Source of the DNA: Scyliorhinus canicula | Taxonomy: Eukaryota | Direction of reading: 5' to 3' | Length of the DNA: 64,000 nucleotides | NCBI RefSeq assembly: GCF_902713615.1 | Contig: NC_052162.1 | Location: 52,327,990 to 52,391,989, forward strand | Shown: positions 60,990-64,000 of the stretch, piece after piece | How positions within the stretch are numbered: position 1 is the stretch's first letter | Layout of the letters: each line of letters begins with the position of its first letter | Made by a program: the position numbers and the translations under genes | Notes under the pieces: model-generated | Database searches by the model: none | The model's input: only the letters and a program-made list of their open reading frames with translations | Told to the model about the DNA's origin: nothing

Positions 60990-63900
60990 TTTATTCACTT
61001 GCAAACACGGCACTTGTCATCTACAGCTTTATGAGTGCATTAGCATCCTGGCTTTGACTGAAACTTGCCATATGCGTGACCATCTACCCAACTATACTGC
61101 TGCAGTGATGGTATGGTCCTTATCAGTACTCCACTGTATGTGTCCTGCCCAAAAAAATGAGACATTCATTGGCTGTACAATACCAGCTGGGAATAAGCTG
61201 GAAATTTAACATATAAACTTCCATAAGCTGGAAATTTAAAATATAAATAGAGAATGCTAAAAACACTCGACAAATCACCTGGCATCTGTGGAGCTGATAT
61301 GGAGACACATGGGCCGTACGGTACCAGACAAAACAATATAGTCCTCTTTTATCTGGTGTGTGCTATACTGGTCACACCTACATGCAAATAAACTGCAAGC
61401 AAATTTGCAAGCTCTGCTGGTAGTTTCTGCATTGAAGAAAATATTAATCTGTCAGGTTAGGGAAAGCATGGCTTCTGTTCCTCCAATTGTCCCCTCTTTA
61501 ATGACTTAACCTGAGCATGCTCACACAGATGCTTGCCAGGTCTCTCATGCTGGTGCTCTAGAATTACGCATACACAGTGCCACCTTGGTGGTCCATCTTT
61601 AATAGTACTGTAGTAGCTTTGGCAGCAGTCGATCAGAATATAGTGAACAAGTTAAAGGAGCCACAAGGTTAAATTTGAACCGGAACTTTCCCCATGAAAT
61701 AATCCCTTCAAATTGTCATAGTCCAAACTGCATCCATCTTTCAGAGTTCACTTAGTCCACTAACCACCTGTGGAGCCTGATGGAAGGAAATAAAAACACA
61801 AAATCCAAGGTCACAAAAGCCTGAATTGAATACAAAGCACATATTGCCCCCAAAAAAATGTTTTTCCCTCCCATCTCGGCCAGTTCTCCTGGTATAGTCC
61901 CCATCTTTGTTCTCAAATCAAAAAGGTGCACACTTTAGCTTATCTGACAACTGACTTAGCAACTATCACCTGATTCGGCAGGACCACATCAAGAACTATC
62001 GGGCCTCACTCTCTAACAAATCTGCTCACTAAGCTGGGACGAATATGGAGAGAAAATATGACCCTCCTCCTGAGTTTTCTCCTTTACCAACTGCTTCCAT
62101 AAGCCCCTCTCCCCTTTTTGTTATTGCCTGCAACAGGTATAAAGACATCATGGAACATTTCATAAATCAATTTTAAACCATTCCTTCAGCTGCTCCCCAT
62201 GCCAAACTTCTCCTTTGGCTTCCCTTTTCTCCACTCCTGATTCCGCCAACATTCTCCAGTTTTCTCTTCTCCAGCTTTCTTCACCCCATTCCTACTAAAC
62301 CGCTGACCAGCTATCTTATCTTCTCTTCTTAGCTCTCACACAAGCTGACAGTATAAATGATTCCTACTCTTTGGATTCCCTGGCCTTTCAAACCATTAGC
62401 ATCACCTCATTTTTTTTCAAAATTCCTCCTCTTGCCCCCCCCTCCACTTTGCAGACCCCCCTCCACTTTGCAGACCACCAACCTATTACACTTACCTTAA
62501 TGGGTTCTTAAACATTTTTGTCGCCTCCCAAATTTGTGCCAACTTTCATGTTTGAATCTCTAATCAGGCTTCACCCCTGCTACCACATTTAATTGGCCCT
62601 CATCAACGTAAACTAAAATGTTATACTCATTGGCTGGGGTGTCCTGGGCGGGATTCTCCCATCCCGCGGCAGAGTGTCCATGCTGTCGTAAATGGCGTCA
62701 TGCTTTACAATGGCATGAACGGGCCACTCCCATGACTAATTCTGGCCCCTATAGGGGGCCAGCACGGTGCTGGAACAGTTTGCGCTGCTCCAGCTGCAGA
62801 TCCTGGCGCAAACTGTGCGCCACGGGATCTGCCCATGTGCAGTTGCGCTGGCGCCAACGAGGACATGCGCAGTGGCACCGGCGCCAAAATACGCATGCCC
62901 AGTGACCTCCTACAACATGCTGGCCCCGATGCAACATGGCACAGGAAAGGAGGCCCCCAGCCACATAGGTCGGCCCGCCGATTGGTGGGCCCTGATCGTG
63001 GGCCAGGCCACATCGGAGCGCCCCCCCCCCCCCCCCCCCCCCCCCAAAGGTCGTCACCCGACCCTTACACGCTGAGGTCACTTCTGCCCAGAGCAGGTTA
63101 GAATGGCGGCGGCAGGTCTCGGCTCTTTTCTTATGGCAGCTTGGCCCATCCGGGCCAGAGAATCGACAGGCCTCCGTGATTCGCACGGCCCGCCGCCGAT
63201 TCTCCGGCTCGGCGTGTGTTCGGAGAATCCCGCCCCCTATCTCCCACAACTTGTCCTTTGACACAGTCGGTCACCTCATCCTCCCCAAATATCTTCCCTC
63301 ATTTGTCCAGCTCACTGGGATTGCCATAATTTGGTTCCATTCATTCATACCTATCCAATTGTAGTTGTAGCACCTCCAGCAATGACGTTTCTTCCCCCCC
63401 CATAGCATTAGCATAGTATTTGGCCATGTGCTATCCCTTGTGACATCACCCAAGGACATGCATGTTAGCTTCCGCATGTACGTCAATGATGCCCAGCTCT
63501 ACACCTCTATTCCTTCTCTTGGACTACCTCTGCGTTGTCAGATTGCTTCTTGATTAGATGAACTTTCTCCAGCTACACATTCAGAATTCTGAATCAAAAA
63601 CTGGATACCCTTGCCCCAATTCGATTTCCCCCTCCCCACCCACTGTTTTGGACTGAATTTGACAGTTCCTGCTTGACCTGCACCTGAGCTTCCTATCCGA
63701 TCTACTCCATCTTGTTGCTTCTATAACATCACCTGTCTTTGGATTTGCTTCATATAAAAAGCTCAACTTCTGCTGAACCCTTGATCGTGTTTTTCAGTCA
63801 GCTCCAGACATGACTTTCCTCCTTTGGGACACTCTCTAAAATTCACCGCTTTGTTTGAGATTTTGTCAGCTACACCAAAATTGTTTTCCTTGGATAAGCA

Positions 63901-63990
63901 TTCATTTTGCCCGCGGTACATTTTTTCTTCATTAACTGTACTACAGTATATAAGTATTCTTCTATCCACTCTGAAGTGTTTTGCAATACT
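60990..63990 (+). mobile_element. Highly degraded L2-like LINE
   Basis: HVSFRMYVNDAQLY at ~63460 resembles the L2 FH.YADDTQLY motif; pyrimidine-rich L2-like composition. Confidence 0.5.
62646..63235. mobile_element. Harbinger-type MITE
   Basis: Perfect 14-bp TIRs GGGCGGGATTCTCC / GGAGAATCCCGCCC and a 3-bp TSD CCT (62643-62645 and 63236-63238). Confidence 0.88.
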
Positions 63991-64000
63991 ATGTTAAAGG

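Noticed and set aside
46429-62478. Small local duplications (near 46429-46458, 61193-61248 and 62440-62478)
   Set aside because: Ordinary two-copy slippage duplications in intronic or TE-derived DNA

Overview
Vertebrate genomic DNA, most likely a cartilaginous fish (inferred from HE1/V-SINE-like and SacSINE1/Deu-SINE-like repeats). It contains two complete protein-coding genes and the start of a third, which I assembled exon by exon. (1) COX11, minus strand, 4 coding exons (27621-27307, 23871-23716, 20974-20849, 17995-17813; 259 aa). (2) RBM41, plus strand, 7 coding exons (30425-46794; 398 aa), head-to-head with COX11 across a small CpG-rich promoter with ZNF143, NRF1 and E-box motifs. (3) The first two coding exons of a MORC3/MORC4-type GHKL ATPase (56239-56447, plus strand). 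Its promoter carries a repeat-spacer-like array and a possible divergent exon, and its intron 2 holds a second CCAAT-rich CpG island. The rest is mostly transposon-derived: a young full-length L1-clade LINE with a 17-bp TSD (about 9776-15564, two lesions in ORF2), an older L1 split by a solo LTR, CR1/L2 fragments, a Gypsy relic, Harbinger-type MITEs, a Harbinger Myb-gene relic and many SINEs. There are no prokaryotic systems, CRISPR arrays, rRNA or true tRNA genes. I found no clearly new biological system; the best leads are listed as findings. Repeat boundaries are read by eye and approximate; exon boundaries were checked base by base.
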